A stretch of DNA of 64,000 nt from Alphaproteobacteria bacterium (GTDB lineage: Bacteria; Pseudomonadota; Alphaproteobacteria; UBA828): contig CAXXMU010000001.1 of NCBI GenBank assembly GCA_963667785.2, forward strand, positions 608,001 through 672,000. The letters are read 5' to 3'. Position numbers and translations under genes: made by a program. The notes beneath the pieces were generated by a model. That model searched no databases, was not told where the DNA came from, and worked only from the letters and a program-made list of their open reading frames with translations. The first letter of the stretch is position 1; each line of letters begins with the position of its first letter. Shown piece after piece: positions 39,222 through 48,547 of this stretch.

Positions 39222-41243
39222 CTAGAGCGCCGCGGTCGCGGTGCGAAGCCAGGCCAGCGTCGCCTCGTCGCCCGCCAGCAGCGGCACGAGCGTCTCCGCC
39301 ACGCGCGCGTGATAGCCGTCGAGCCAGGCGCGCTCGCCTTCCGTCAGCATGGCGGGCTCGATGAGCGCCCGGTCGATGGGCGCGAGCGTGAGCGTCTCGA
39401 AACCGAGGAAGCCGTCGTCGTCGCCATCGGCAGGCGCGACCGCCACCAGGTTCTCGATGCGGATGCCGTAGGCGCCGGTCTCGTAGTGGCCGGGCTCGTT
39501 GGAGACCACCATGCCGGGCGCGAGTGCGGCCGCGCTGCCGAGGCGGGAGATGCGCTGCGGGCCCTCGTGCACGTTGAGGTAGGCACCCACGCCGTGGCCC
39601 GTGCCGTGATCGTAGTCGAGGCCCTCCTGCCAGAGGAACTGGCGGGCGAGCGTATCGAGCTGGGCGCCGGTGGTGCCGCGCGGGAAGCGCGCCGTCGCCA
39701 GCGCAATGTGTCCGCGCAGCACCCGGGTGAAACGATCGCGGTGCTCGGGCTCCGGCGGGCCGATCGCGACGGTGCGGGTCACGTCCGTGGTACCGTCGAG
39801 ATACTGCCCGCCTGAATCCACCAGATAGAGGAAGCCCGGCTCGAGGGTCCGGTTGCTCTCGGCCGTGACCCGGTAGTGAACGATGGCCCCGTTGGGGCCG
39901 GCGCCGGAGATCGTGTCGAAGCTCGGACCCCGGTAGTGCTCGCCGCCGGCGCGCATGGCCGCGAGGCGGTCCGCCGCATCGAGCTCGCTGACGGAGCCGG
40001 GCGGCGCGGCCGCGAGCCATGCCAGGAAGCGCACGAGCGCCGCGCCGTCCCGGCGATGGGCTGCACGGATGCCGGCGAGCTCGACTTCGTTCTTGCACGC
40101 CTTGGGGAGCGCGCAGGGATCGGCGCCACGCACCACCCGGGCGCCCCCTTCGGCCAGGCGGTCGATCATCCAGACCGGCGTCGCCGCCTCGTCGACCAGC
40201 ACCGCCTTGCCCGCACCGGCGAGGCGATCGAGGACGCCCGCCAGCGCTCCCGGCGGCCGTACCCGCACCGCATTGCCGAGATGGGCAGGCACCTCGGGCA
40301 GCAGCTTGCGTGCGTCCACGAACCAGTCCACGCCGCCATCGCCGTCGACGACCGCGAACGAGTGCGGCAGCGGGCTGTTGGCGACATCGGCGCCGCGCAC
40401 GTTGAGCAGCCAGGCGATCGAATCGGGCGCGCTCAGGATGGCGGCCTCCGCCCCTTTCTCTGCGAGGCGGCCGGCGACGGCGTCGCGCTTCTCGCTCGCA
40501 TCCCTGCCGGCGAAGCGCACCGGGTGGGGCGCGATGGGGCCGAGCGGCGGCGGTGGCTGGTCCGCCCACAGCGCGTCGATGGGGTTCTGCTCGCAGGCGA
40601 CCAGGCGTGCGCCGGCGGCCTCGCACGGCGCCGCCAGCCGGTCGCGCTCTCGCGCGCCGTGCAGGGCAGGGTCGTAGCCGAGCGCCGCACCCTCCGAGAG
40701 ATGCTCCTTGAGCCACGCATCGGCCGGCGCGTCGGTCATGTGGCGATGCTCGTAGAGGGAGCCGTCCACCTGCGCCGCCGCCTGCAGCACGTAGCGCCCG
40801 TCGACGAAGAGCGCCGCCCGTTCCCCGAGCACGATCGCCATGCCGGCCGAGCCGGTGAAGCCGGTCAGCCAGGCGAGGCGCTGCGCCCGGCGCGCGACGT
40901 ACTCGCCCTGGTGCTCGTCGCTGAGGGGGACCACGAAGCCGTCGAGGCCGCGCCTCGCGAGCTCCGCCCTGAGCGCCGCGAGCCGCGCCGCCGGCTCGGG
41001 CGCATCGATGCCGTCGGCTGCCTCGGCGCAAGATCGGCGCAACTCCTCGAGCCGGTCGGCAAGCGCGCCCGTGGCCTGGGCATCGGGCAGGATCAGGCGC
41101 AGCCAGCCCCGGTCCCGCACGTCCGCCGCGGCGACGCCCTGCACCAGCGCCTCGACCTCTCCTGCGGATCTCTCGATCCCGGCCGCGGCGAGCGCCTGCG
41201 CCAGCCCCTCGCGCCGGCCCGTTGTCGTGGTGTCCTCCGGCAT
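39222..41243 (-). CDS. Aminopeptidase P (M24B, two creatinase-N domains) with an extra YgfB/UPF0149-like N-terminal domain
   Basis: WLTGFTGSAG, DSGGQYLDGTTDVTRT, HGTGHGVG, VHEGP, SNEPG, GIRIEN; about 80 extra N-terminal residues. Confidence 0.92.
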   Translation of the reverse strand: MPEDTTTTGRREGLAQALAAAGIERSAGEVEALVQGVAAADVRDRGWLRLILPDAQATGALADRLEELRRSCAEAADGIDAPEPAARLAALRAELARRGLDGFVVPLSDEHQGEYVARRAQRLAWLTGFTGSAGMAIVLGERAALFVDGRYVLQAAAQVDGSLYEHRHMTDAPADAWLKEHLSEGAALGYDPALHGARERDRLAAPCEAAGARLVACEQNPIDALWADQPPPPLGPIAPHPVRFAGRDASEKRDAVAGRLAEKGAEAAILSAPDSIAWLLNVRGADVANSPLPHSFAVVDGDGGVDWFVDARKLLPEVPAHLGNAVRVRPPGALAGVLDRLAGAGKAVLVDEAATPVWMIDRLAEGGARVVRGADPCALPKACKNEVELAGIRAAHRRDGAALVRFLAWLAAAPPGSVSELDAADRLAAMRAGGEHYRGPSFDTISGAGPNGAIVHYRVTAESNRTLEPGFLYLVDSGGQYLDGTTDVTRTVAIGPPEPEHRDRFTRVLRGHIALATARFPRGTTGAQLDTLARQFLWQEGLDYDHGTGHGVGAYLNVHEGPQRISRLGSAAALAPGMVVSNEPGHYETGAYGIRIENLVAVAPADGDDDGFLGFETLTLAPIDRALIEPAMLTEGERAWLDGYHARVAETLVPLLAGDEATLAWLRTATAAL

Positions 41244-41267
41244 GGGGCGTTTCTGCCAGCGCGCCGC

Positions 41268-42173
41268 TCATGCCGTCAATATCAGCGTGACCCAGTCGCC
41301 CACCGGAACGCGGCGCCGGAGCCTGAGACGGGCGGCACGGCAGGCGGACAGCACCAGTCGCTCCTCGGCGGCGAGAATGCCCGAAAGGACCGCCGCGCCG
41401 CGCGGGCGCAAGCGCCGGGCGAGGGCCGGCGCCATCGCCGCGATCGGCCGCGCCCTTATGTTGGCGCAGATCAGGTCGGCCCGCCCGCCCCCGACCGCAT
41501 GGCCGGCGGGGAGGCCCACCGCCTGCACCACCGTCACCCGGCGGGAGAGCGCGTTCCGCCGCACCGTCGCCCGCGCCGCGGCCACCGCCAGCGGATCGAC
41601 GTCCGTCGCGATGATCCGGGCCGGCCAGAGCCGCGCCGCCGCCACCGCGAGAATGCCGGAGCCGGTGCCGATATCGAACGCGAGCCGCACCCGCTGGCGT
41701 CGTGCCAGCCAGTCGAGCGCGAGCAGGCAGCCCCGGGTCGTCTCGTGGCGGCCGGAGCCGAAGGCGGGCCCAGCGTCGACGGCGAGCGCGAGGCGCCGGT
41801 GTGGCACGGCCTCGTGCGTGCCCCGGATGTTGAGCCGGCCCACGGATACGGGCGGAAACGAGGCGAGCGACTGCGCGGCCCAGTCGACGGCCGGCACGGG
41901 CTGCACGGCCTCGGTCTCGGGCGCGACGCCGGCCGCTTGCAGCAGCGCCAGCAGCCGAGCGGGCCGCGCATCGCCCGGCAACGGGCCGGCGCCGATGAGT
42001 GTCGCGCGCAGCCGGTCCTCCGGCGCCTCCCGGACCGGATGGGCGGCCTCGATCATCTCGGCCACCACGGCGTCGGCATTCTCGGCGAGCGCCGGCTCCA
42101 GCGCCTCGAAGGCGGCGCGCGTGAGGGTGAGCGAGAGCCGCCAGCCTGCGGCCTCCTCGCCGCCCGCGCTCAT
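41268..42173 (-). CDS. prmA: Ribosomal protein L11 methyltransferase
   Basis: AFGSGRHETT, DIGTGSGIL, ANI and LSGIL motifs. Confidence 0.9.
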   Translation of the reverse strand: MSAGGEEAAGWRLSLTLTRAAFEALEPALAENADAVVAEMIEAAHPVREAPEDRLRATLIGAGPLPGDARPARLLALLQAAGVAPETEAVQPVPAVDWAAQSLASFPPVSVGRLNIRGTHEAVPHRRLALAVDAGPAFGSGRHETTRGCLLALDWLARRQRVRLAFDIGTGSGILAVAAARLWPARIIATDVDPLAVAAARATVRRNALSRRVTVVQAVGLPAGHAVGGGRADLICANIRARPIAAMAPALARRLRPRGAAVLSGILAAEERLVLSACRAARLRLRRRVPVGDWVTLILTA

Positions 42174-42244
42174 CGCAAGCGCCCCCGGTGCGGCGCAATC
42201 CCGGCTATGATGGGGAGGCGGACAAGCACCGTCGGAGAGATGTG

Positions 42245-42949
42245 ATGCCCGAGATACCGGACTGGCAGCGCTTCCTGAGCGAAGACGACAGGACCACCAT
42301 CGAGAGCGGCCGCTGGGCGCGGCGCGTCGGCTTCGGCGCCCGACCCGCCGTCATCCTCATCGACGTGCAGAACTACATGGTGGGGGAGGAGGGCAATCAC
42401 GACCTCGCCGCCTACCCCTATAGCTGCGCTACCGGCTGGGCTGCGGTACGGCAGACCGCGCGCATCGTCGACACGGCGCGGGCCGCGCGCGCGCCGGTGA
42501 TCTACACCCGCTTCGCCATCGACCGCACGGTGGGCGATGCCGGGCTCTTCGACGCCAAGATCGGCGCGGAGGCGGGCGAGAACGTCTATTTCGAGGGCAC
42601 CCACGGCGGCGAGATCGTGGCGGACGTGGCGCCCCGGCCGGAAGACCTGGTCTTCACCAAGAAGAAGCCGAGCTCGTTCCACGGTACGCCTCTCCTGCCC
42701 TATCTGATCGACCGCAGCATCGATACGCTGATCGTCACCGGCGGCGCCACCTGCAACTGCGTGCGCGCGACGGTCTTCGACGCCTTCTCCTACAACTATC
42801 GCACCATCGTACCGGCGGATGCGGTGTTCGACCGCCTGCCGATCTCCCACGAGATCAACCTGTTCGACATGAACCGCTGCTCGGCGGATGTGACGGACAC
42901 GGACGCCGTGCTCGCCTACCTCGGCGACATGGCCCAGCGCGCGGCCTAA
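42245..42949 (+). CDS. Isochorismatase-family cysteine hydrolase (maleamate/N-carbamoylsarcosine amidase-like)
   Basis: GFGARPAVILID, KKKPSSFHGT and NCVRATVFDA (Asp-Lys-Cys triad). Confidence 0.85.
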   Translation: MPEIPDWQRFLSEDDRTTIESGRWARRVGFGARPAVILIDVQNYMVGEEGNHDLAAYPYSCATGWAAVRQTARIVDTARAARAPVIYTRFAIDRTVGDAGLFDAKIGAEAGENVYFEGTHGGEIVADVAPRPEDLVFTKKKPSSFHGTPLLPYLIDRSIDTLIVTGGATCNCVRATVFDAFSYNYRTIVPADAVFDRLPISHEINLFDMNRCSADVTDTDAVLAYLGDMAQRAA

Positions 42950-43128
42950 ACTCAGACTCACGTATCCCTCAGTCGCCGGGCGCTCGCTCCGCGAGCTTGG
43001 CTTTCGCGCCATTCGGCGCGCGGCGCGGTTGCGCCGTCCGGGCCTGCGGCCCGGTCCTCCCACAATCTCACTCCCTGCGTTGACCGGCCGCTGATGCCGG
43101 CGACGGCGCCACCTGCTATAGTGGGTGC

Positions 43129-43225
43129 GGGAGGTCGGCGGCGGACGGCTTTCTCGCCAACCCGGTCAGGTCCGGAAGGAAGCAGCCGTAACGAGCTTCA
43201 AGCCGGGTCGTCCGCCGGCCTCCTG
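43129..43225 (+). ncRNA. ffs: Signal recognition particle RNA (4.5S)
   Basis: TCAGGTCCGGAAGGAAGCAGC domain IV core; terminal stem GGAGGTCGGCGG/CCGCCGGCCTCC; GCTATAGT -10; upstream of dnaX. Confidence 0.95.
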
Positions 43226-43294
43226 CCGCCAAGCCGACGCACCGCCCGCCACGCGCCCGCTGCGCACCGCGAGCCCGAGGACGACAATGCTCCC

Positions 43295-45058
43295 ATGAGC
43301 GAGGACGCCGCCGCCTATCGCGTGCTCGCGCGCAAGTACCGGCCGGCGAGCTTTGCCGGCCTGATCGGCCAGGACGCCCTGGTGCGCACGCTGAGCAACG
43401 CGATCGCGATGGACCGCCTGGCGCACGCCTGGCTGCTGACGGGCGTGCGCGGGGTGGGCAAGACCTCCACGGCAAGGATCATCGCGCGCGCGCTCAACTG
43501 CATCGGCGCGGACGGCGCCGGCGGCCCGACGCCCGAACCCTGCGGGACCTGCGATCACTGCGTCTCCATCGCCGAGGACCGCCACGTCGACGTGATCGAG
43601 ATGGACGCGGCATCGCGCACCGGCATCGACGACGTGCGCGAGCTGATCGAGAGCGTGCGCTACCGCCCGGTATCGGCGCGCTACAAGGTCTACATTATCG
43701 ACGAAGTGCACATGCTCTCGAAGCAGGCCTTCAATGCGCTGCTCAAGACGCTCGAGGAGCCGCCGCCCCACGTCAAGTTCGTGTTCGCGACCACCGAGGT
43801 CCGGCGCCTGCCGGTGACGGTGCTCTCCCGCTGCCAGCGCTTCGACCTGCGCCGGGTCGACATGGAGACGCTGGTCGCGCATTTCGCCGGGATCGCCGAG
43901 GCCGAGGGGGTCGAGGTGGAGCCGGCGGCGCTCGCGCTCATCGCCCGGGCCGCCGATGGCTCGGTGCGGGACGGGCTTTCCGTGCTCGATCAGGCGATGG
44001 CCCACGAGGGCACGCGCGTCGCCGAGGAGGCGGTGCGTGCCATGCTGGGGCTCGCCGACCGGACTCGGCTCTTCGACCTCTTCGACATGCTGATGCGGGG
44101 CGCGATCAAGGACGCGCTCGACTGCTTCGCGGAGCTCCACGACGCAGGCGCCGAGCCCCAGGCCCTGCTGCAGGACCTGCTGGAGCTCTGCCACTGGCTG
44201 ACTCGGCTGAAGCTGGTGCCCACTGCTGCGGACGACCCCGCGGTGCCGGAGGCGGAGCGCACGCGTGGGCGCGCCATGGCGGATGCGCTGGCGGTGCCGT
44301 CGCTCACCCAGACCTGGCAGATGCTGCTCAAGGGGCTGGAGGAGGTGGGCCAGGCCGCGCGGCCGGCGCTCGCGGCGGAGATGACCCTGGTGCGCATCGC
44401 CTATGCCGCCGACCTGCCGAGCCCGGCGGACGCGCTCCGCGCCCTCGGCGCGGGAGGTGCGCAGCCGAGGGCCGACGGCGCGGCAGAGACGGCGGCGGCG
44501 CCCGCGTCCACCCCCGTCGATGTGCCTCGCGGGGGCGCTGCGGCGGCCGATTCCGCTGCAGCGGAGCCGGTACCGGCTGCGACGCCGTCGCCGGCGACCG
44601 CTCCGGCCCCAGCGCCGACTCCTGCGCCGACATCCGCTCCGACCGCCGAGGCGGCCCCCCGGCCGCGCCCCGAGTCCTTGCGCGCGATCGCCGCGCTCGC
44701 CGAGGAGCGGCGCGAGCCGATCCTGAGCGCGTGGCTCAGGACCGAGGTGCGCCCGGTCCGCGTGACCGCCGGCACCGTCGAGATCAACTGCGTGCGCGCG
44801 CCCGACGGCAGGATGCTCGACCTGCTCCGGGACAGGCTCGAGGAATGGACGGGCGAGCGTTGGATGATCGCGCTGACGGACTCGGGCGGCGAGCCCACGC
44901 TTGACGAGCAGGCCCACGCCGCGCAAGAGGCAGCCGACAGGGCGGCGGCGGATCATCCGCTCGTGCGCCAGGTGCTCGATGCCTTCCCCGGCGCGCGCGT
45001 GCGCACCGTTCACCGGCCGGTGCCGGACAGCGGAAACGACGGAGACCCTTCCCCATGA
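43295..45058 (+). CDS. dnaX: DNA polymerase III subunit gamma/tau
   Basis: YRVLARKYRP, GVGKT, DEVHMLS, SRCQ; Pro/Ala linker; C-terminal HPLV..VL..FPGA. Confidence 0.96.
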   Translation: MSEDAAAYRVLARKYRPASFAGLIGQDALVRTLSNAIAMDRLAHAWLLTGVRGVGKTSTARIIARALNCIGADGAGGPTPEPCGTCDHCVSIAEDRHVDVIEMDAASRTGIDDVRELIESVRYRPVSARYKVYIIDEVHMLSKQAFNALLKTLEEPPPHVKFVFATTEVRRLPVTVLSRCQRFDLRRVDMETLVAHFAGIAEAEGVEVEPAALALIARAADGSVRDGLSVLDQAMAHEGTRVAEEAVRAMLGLADRTRLFDLFDMLMRGAIKDALDCFAELHDAGAEPQALLQDLLELCHWLTRLKLVPTAADDPAVPEAERTRGRAMADALAVPSLTQTWQMLLKGLEEVGQAARPALAAEMTLVRIAYAADLPSPADALRALGAGGAQPRADGAAETAAAPASTPVDVPRGGAAAADSAAAEPVPAATPSPATAPAPAPTPAPTSAPTAEAAPRPRPESLRAIAALAEERREPILSAWLRTEVRPVRVTAGTVEINCVRAPDGRMLDLLRDRLEEWTGERWMIALTDSGGEPTLDEQAHAAQEAADRAAADHPLVRQVLDAFPGARVRTVHRPVPDSGNDGDPSP

Positions 45059-45378
45059 AGAACATCGGCAAGATGCTCAAGCAGGCCCAGGAAATGCAGA
45101 CCCGGATGGCCGAGCTGCAGGAGAGCCTGGGCGCGCTCGAGGTCGAGGGTGCGGCCGGCGGCGGCCTCGTGCGGGTCACGCTCACCGGCAAGGGCGAGAT
45201 GCGCCGCCTCTCCATCGACCCGGCGCTGGTGAAGGGCGACGAGGTGGAGGTGCTGGAGGACCTGATCGTCGCCGCCTTCAACGACGGCAAGGCCAAGGTC
45301 GAGCAACTCGTTCAGGAACGGATGGCGGAGGTCACCGGCGGCCTCAAGCTGCCGCCGGGTCTCGACCTGGGCCTCTGA
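45055..45378 (+). CDS. ybaB: YbaB/EbfC nucleoid-associated protein
   Basis: MLKQAQEMQ and [11 protein letters not shown]; between dnaX and recR. Confidence 0.93.
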   Translation: MKNIGKMLKQAQEMQTRMAELQESLGALEVEGAAGGGLVRVTLTGKGEMRRLSIDPALVKGDEVEVLEDLIVAAFNDGKAKVEQLVQERMAEVTGGLKLPPGLDLGL

Positions 45379-45397
45379 GCCCGCCTGGCGGCGCGCG

Positions 45398-45994
45398 ATG
45401 ACGAGTCCGGCGATCGAGCGGCTGGCGGGCCACCTCGGCAAGCTTCCCGGCCTCGGGCCGCGCTCGGCGCGCCGCGCTGCGCTCCACCTGCTGGAGCGTC
45501 GCGAATCGCACTTGGAGCCGCTGCTGAGCGCGCTGCGCACGGCCGCCGAGAGCGTCCGCCCCTGCTCCGTCTGCGGCAATCTCGACGCCCAGGATCCCTG
45601 CGCGATCTGCGCCGATCCGGAGCGCGACGGCGGCGCCATCTGCGTCGTCGAGCAGGTGGCGGACCTGTGGGCGCTGGAGCGCACGCTGATGTTCCGCGGC
45701 CGCTATCACGTGCTGGGGGGCCTCTTGTCCGCGCTAGACGGCATCGGACCGGAGGATCTCGCCATCGCCGGCCTCGTCGCCCGCGCCGGCGCGCCCGAGG
45801 TCGGCGAGATCATCCTCGCCACCAGCGCCACCGTGGACGGGCAGACGACCGCACACTATCTGACCGACCGCCTGGCCCAGAGCGGCGTTGCGATCTCCCG
45901 TCTCGCCCACGGCCTGCCGGTCGGCGGCGAGCTCGACTATCTCGACGACGGCACGCTCGGCACCGCGCTCAAGGCGCGCCAGCGTCTGCTCTGA
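45398..45994 (+). CDS. recR: Recombination mediator RecR
   Basis: LPGLGPRSA HhH, C4 zinc finger, [14 protein letters not shown]. Confidence 0.96.
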   Translation: MTSPAIERLAGHLGKLPGLGPRSARRAALHLLERRESHLEPLLSALRTAAESVRPCSVCGNLDAQDPCAICADPERDGGAICVVEQVADLWALERTLMFRGRYHVLGGLLSALDGIGPEDLAIAGLVARAGAPEVGEIILATSATVDGQTTAHYLTDRLAQSGVAISRLAHGLPVGGELDYLDDGTLGTALKARQRLL

Positions 45995-46086
45995 GCCCGT
46001 CAGCACGGGAACGGGCGGCCGCATGAGACGACCGCCCGCGGTTGATCCCACGCCTCCCTGATGGCGCGTTCCTATCGCTCCCGCGT

Positions 46087-47373
46087 TCAGAACTTGATGC
46101 GGGCGCCAACGCCGGTGATGGTGATGTCGTTGGTCGACATGCCCACGATGTCGGCGCGGTAGACCCCGTAGATGGCGTAGAGCTCGGTCCCGAGGTCCTC
46201 GATCTTCTGCACGAAGGCGAGGTCGTAGTAGCTGCCCGCGTTGCCCTCTCCTCCCTGGTTCTCGGTGTCGCCGATTCCGAGCGAGAGCGCCCTGCTGCCT
46301 TCGAGCTCCTGGCCCAGCTTGAGGTAGGTGAAGGTCGGGTCCGCGCCGGCGCCGCCGCTCGTGGTCGAGTAGGCCCCGGTGACGCTCGTGCCCGACGGGG
46401 CGAGGAACGAGACCGAGCCGCCCTGACCCGTGGTGTCGGCGTTCTTCTGCCAGGTCGAGGCGGCGGCGGCGGCCTCGAAGTCGCCGAGCTCGGCGCCGTA
46501 GCGGAGCGCAAGGTCCCACGCGCCGGATTCGACGCCGTCCTTGTAGCGGCCGCCGAGGAAGGACGTCGAGACCTGGAAGCCGTTGAGGCTTGGCGAATCG
46601 TAGCGGATTCGGTCCTTCCGGCTCAGCCCGCCCTGGTTGCCGAAGAGATCGTTGACAACCACGCCGGAGCCCACGCGCCCGGCCATGTCGGACCGGATGA
46701 ACTCCAGCGATGCCCCGGTGCCGCTGAAGCCGGCGCCGGTGATCACGCCGGTGCCGGAGAGGTCCTCCTCGATCGTGCCGTCGGAGGCGGTGCTGCCCTG
46801 GCCGAGCGAGATCTTGCCCGCGTCCCCGTTCTCGAACCAGACCTCGAGCTTGCGCTCCTTGAGCGAGGCCTTGTTGGAATCGCCGCCTTCCTTCGGGTCT
46901 TCGATCGCCACGCTGCGGGAAGAGTTCGACTCGAGCTCGGCCTCGAAGGTGGTGCCGGCGGTCCAGCCGCCATCCATCTTCGCCTTGCCCTCGAGGCGGA
47001 AGCGTGTCGAGGACTGGTCGTTGTCCGCGAAGAAGTTGCGGCTCTCGTTGCCGTCATCGGCCATGAGGATCATCCGGTTGACCTGGCCGGAGAGCGAGAG
47101 GCTCACATTGCCCTTGCCCGAGGTGACCATCTTGGCAGGCGCTTGGGGCTCCGCAGCTTCCATTACCTTCTTGCCCTGCTCGATCACCATGTTCTTGAGG
47201 ATCTGCACTTCCTGCTGCAGGTCCTCGATCATGGCGCGGAGCTCGGCATTCTCCGATTCGAGATGGCTGTCGCCGAGCGCCGGGCCCGCCAGGCCGATCA
47301 GAAACGTCGTCCCGAGAAGCGCTGCGGCAAGGGATCGCCCCCCGACGCTGCGCCGAATCCGCTTGAATTCCAT
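46087..47373 (-). CDS. Outer-membrane porin with N-terminal coiled coil
   Basis: Signal peptide, coiled coil, LSGQVNR first strand, RIRYDSP, C-terminal Phe; alternative start 47397. Confidence 0.82.
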   Translation of the reverse strand: MEFKRIRRSVGGRSLAAALLGTTFLIGLAGPALGDSHLESENAELRAMIEDLQQEVQILKNMVIEQGKKVMEAAEPQAPAKMVTSGKGNVSLSLSGQVNRMILMADDGNESRNFFADNDQSSTRFRLEGKAKMDGGWTAGTTFEAELESNSSRSVAIEDPKEGGDSNKASLKERKLEVWFENGDAGKISLGQGSTASDGTIEEDLSGTGVITGAGFSGTGASLEFIRSDMAGRVGSGVVVNDLFGNQGGLSRKDRIRYDSPSLNGFQVSTSFLGGRYKDGVESGAWDLALRYGAELGDFEAAAAASTWQKNADTTGQGGSVSFLAPSGTSVTGAYSTTSGGAGADPTFTYLKLGQELEGSRALSLGIGDTENQGGEGNAGSYYDLAFVQKIEDLGTELYAIYGVYRADIVGMSTNDITITGVGARIKF

Positions 47374-47531
47374 GATGCTCTTCCTTCCCTCTGACACACG
47401 TCGAGCCCGCGCAGGCGGCTCCCTCCGCCCTCACGCTAGGCGGGCGGCATGAAGCGTGTATTGCGCTTGTGTGACGAATGAATGTCATCGCCGGGCGCCC
47501 TACACCGGACTCGTTGGGCGACGCCGTCACC

Positions 47532-47568
47532 TTAATGCAACTAAGAATCATTATTGATTAGTTGTCAA
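47532..47568 (-). promoter_or_regulatory. AT-rich promoter/operator with TTGACA and nested palindromes (Fur-box-like)
   Basis: Minus-strand TTGACA at 47563-47568; CAACTAA-N13-TTAGTTG and AATCA-N4-TGATT; 13/19 match to GATAATGATAATCATTATC at 47537-47555. Confidence 0.6.
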
Positions 47569-47887
47569 GGGGAGGCGGTATCAAAGGGAGTCAGCGTCGA
47601 GGGATGCCGGGAGGTGTCTGGAGGCGATCGATCCGCGACGACCAGGGCCCGAGCCGCGGCGGGAAGGGGGAGTCCCAGGAGGCGGTCGGGTCGGCCGCGC
47701 GGCGGCGCCCGTCTACCGCGGCCGGCTGCACCGATACTGCCAGGAGTCCGCGGGCGACCCGTCAGGCCGCGGCCCACGGACGGGGAGCGCGTCGCCCCGA
47801 ACGACCGGAAGCCGCTCGGGGCGCAGCGCGTTCACGCCGCTCGGAGGGGAGAGAATTGCTCCCTTGTGACGGCGATCTCGGCCGGGA

Positions 47888-48379
47888 CTACTCCAGGACC
47901 TGCCAGCGCGTCCCGCCTCTCGATGTTCTCTCGAGGCAAGAGAGCAGAATCCGCTTGGTCTCCTCGGCGGTCTCTTCCGCGCCGCTCGCAAAGGCACTGA
48001 AGACGCCGGCGAGTATGCCGGCCGCCGCGCCGATCCCTGCGCCTTCGAGGGCGTCGGTATCGAAGCCGGCGCTATTCAGAATGTTGTTGAATTCGAGCCC
48101 GGCGGCTGCGCCCGTGCCGGCGCCTTCGACCGCGCCGGTCAGGGTCTTCAGTTGTGCTTCCTGCGCGGCGGTCGCCTGGCGGTTCGCGGCCACCTGTCGG
48201 CACAAGCCCAACGCCTGCTGGTACTCACCCTGGAATTCCGGCTCGACGTAGACCGCCGGCACGTACTGGCCGGCTCCCAGACCGCTCTGGTCGGCCAGAC
48301 CGGAATAGGCCGATCCGCACCCCGCCAGCAAGGCGGTGAGACCGACCGCGGCAACGACATTTCGGACGTTCTTCTTCAT
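47888..48379 (-). CDS. Glycine-zipper lipoprotein (hypothetical)
   Basis: MKK..LLAGC lipobox; GAGTGAAAG and GAGIGAAAG zippers flanked by two Cys. Confidence 0.75.
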   Translation of the reverse strand: MKKNVRNVVAAVGLTALLAGCGSAYSGLADQSGLGAGQYVPAVYVEPEFQGEYQQALGLCRQVAANRQATAAQEAQLKTLTGAVEGAGTGAAAGLEFNNILNSAGFDTDALEGAGIGAAAGILAGVFSAFASGAEETAEETKRILLSCLERTSRGGTRWQVLE

Positions 48380-48547
48380 GGCGCGAATCTCTCCCCGGCA
48401 GTGAGAGGGACCTAATGTCCCATGCGGTACGGTGCCCCATTGCCTGGGCCAAATCAATAGTTCTGGCAGGGGGGAGCGTACGCCATAACTTGTTCGGATG
48501 CGTGACCGGTCGTCGGCGACCCGATCCGGTCGGATCGGCCTCCGCTG

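Noticed and set aside
43295-45058. Programmed frameshift in dnaX
   Set aside because: No A-run slippery site seen; the Pro/Ala linker is ordinary.
48521-48538. Hairpin CCGATCCG-GT-CGGATCGG after ccmI as an intrinsic terminator
   Set aside because: No U-tract follows on the relevant strand, so it is too weak to call.
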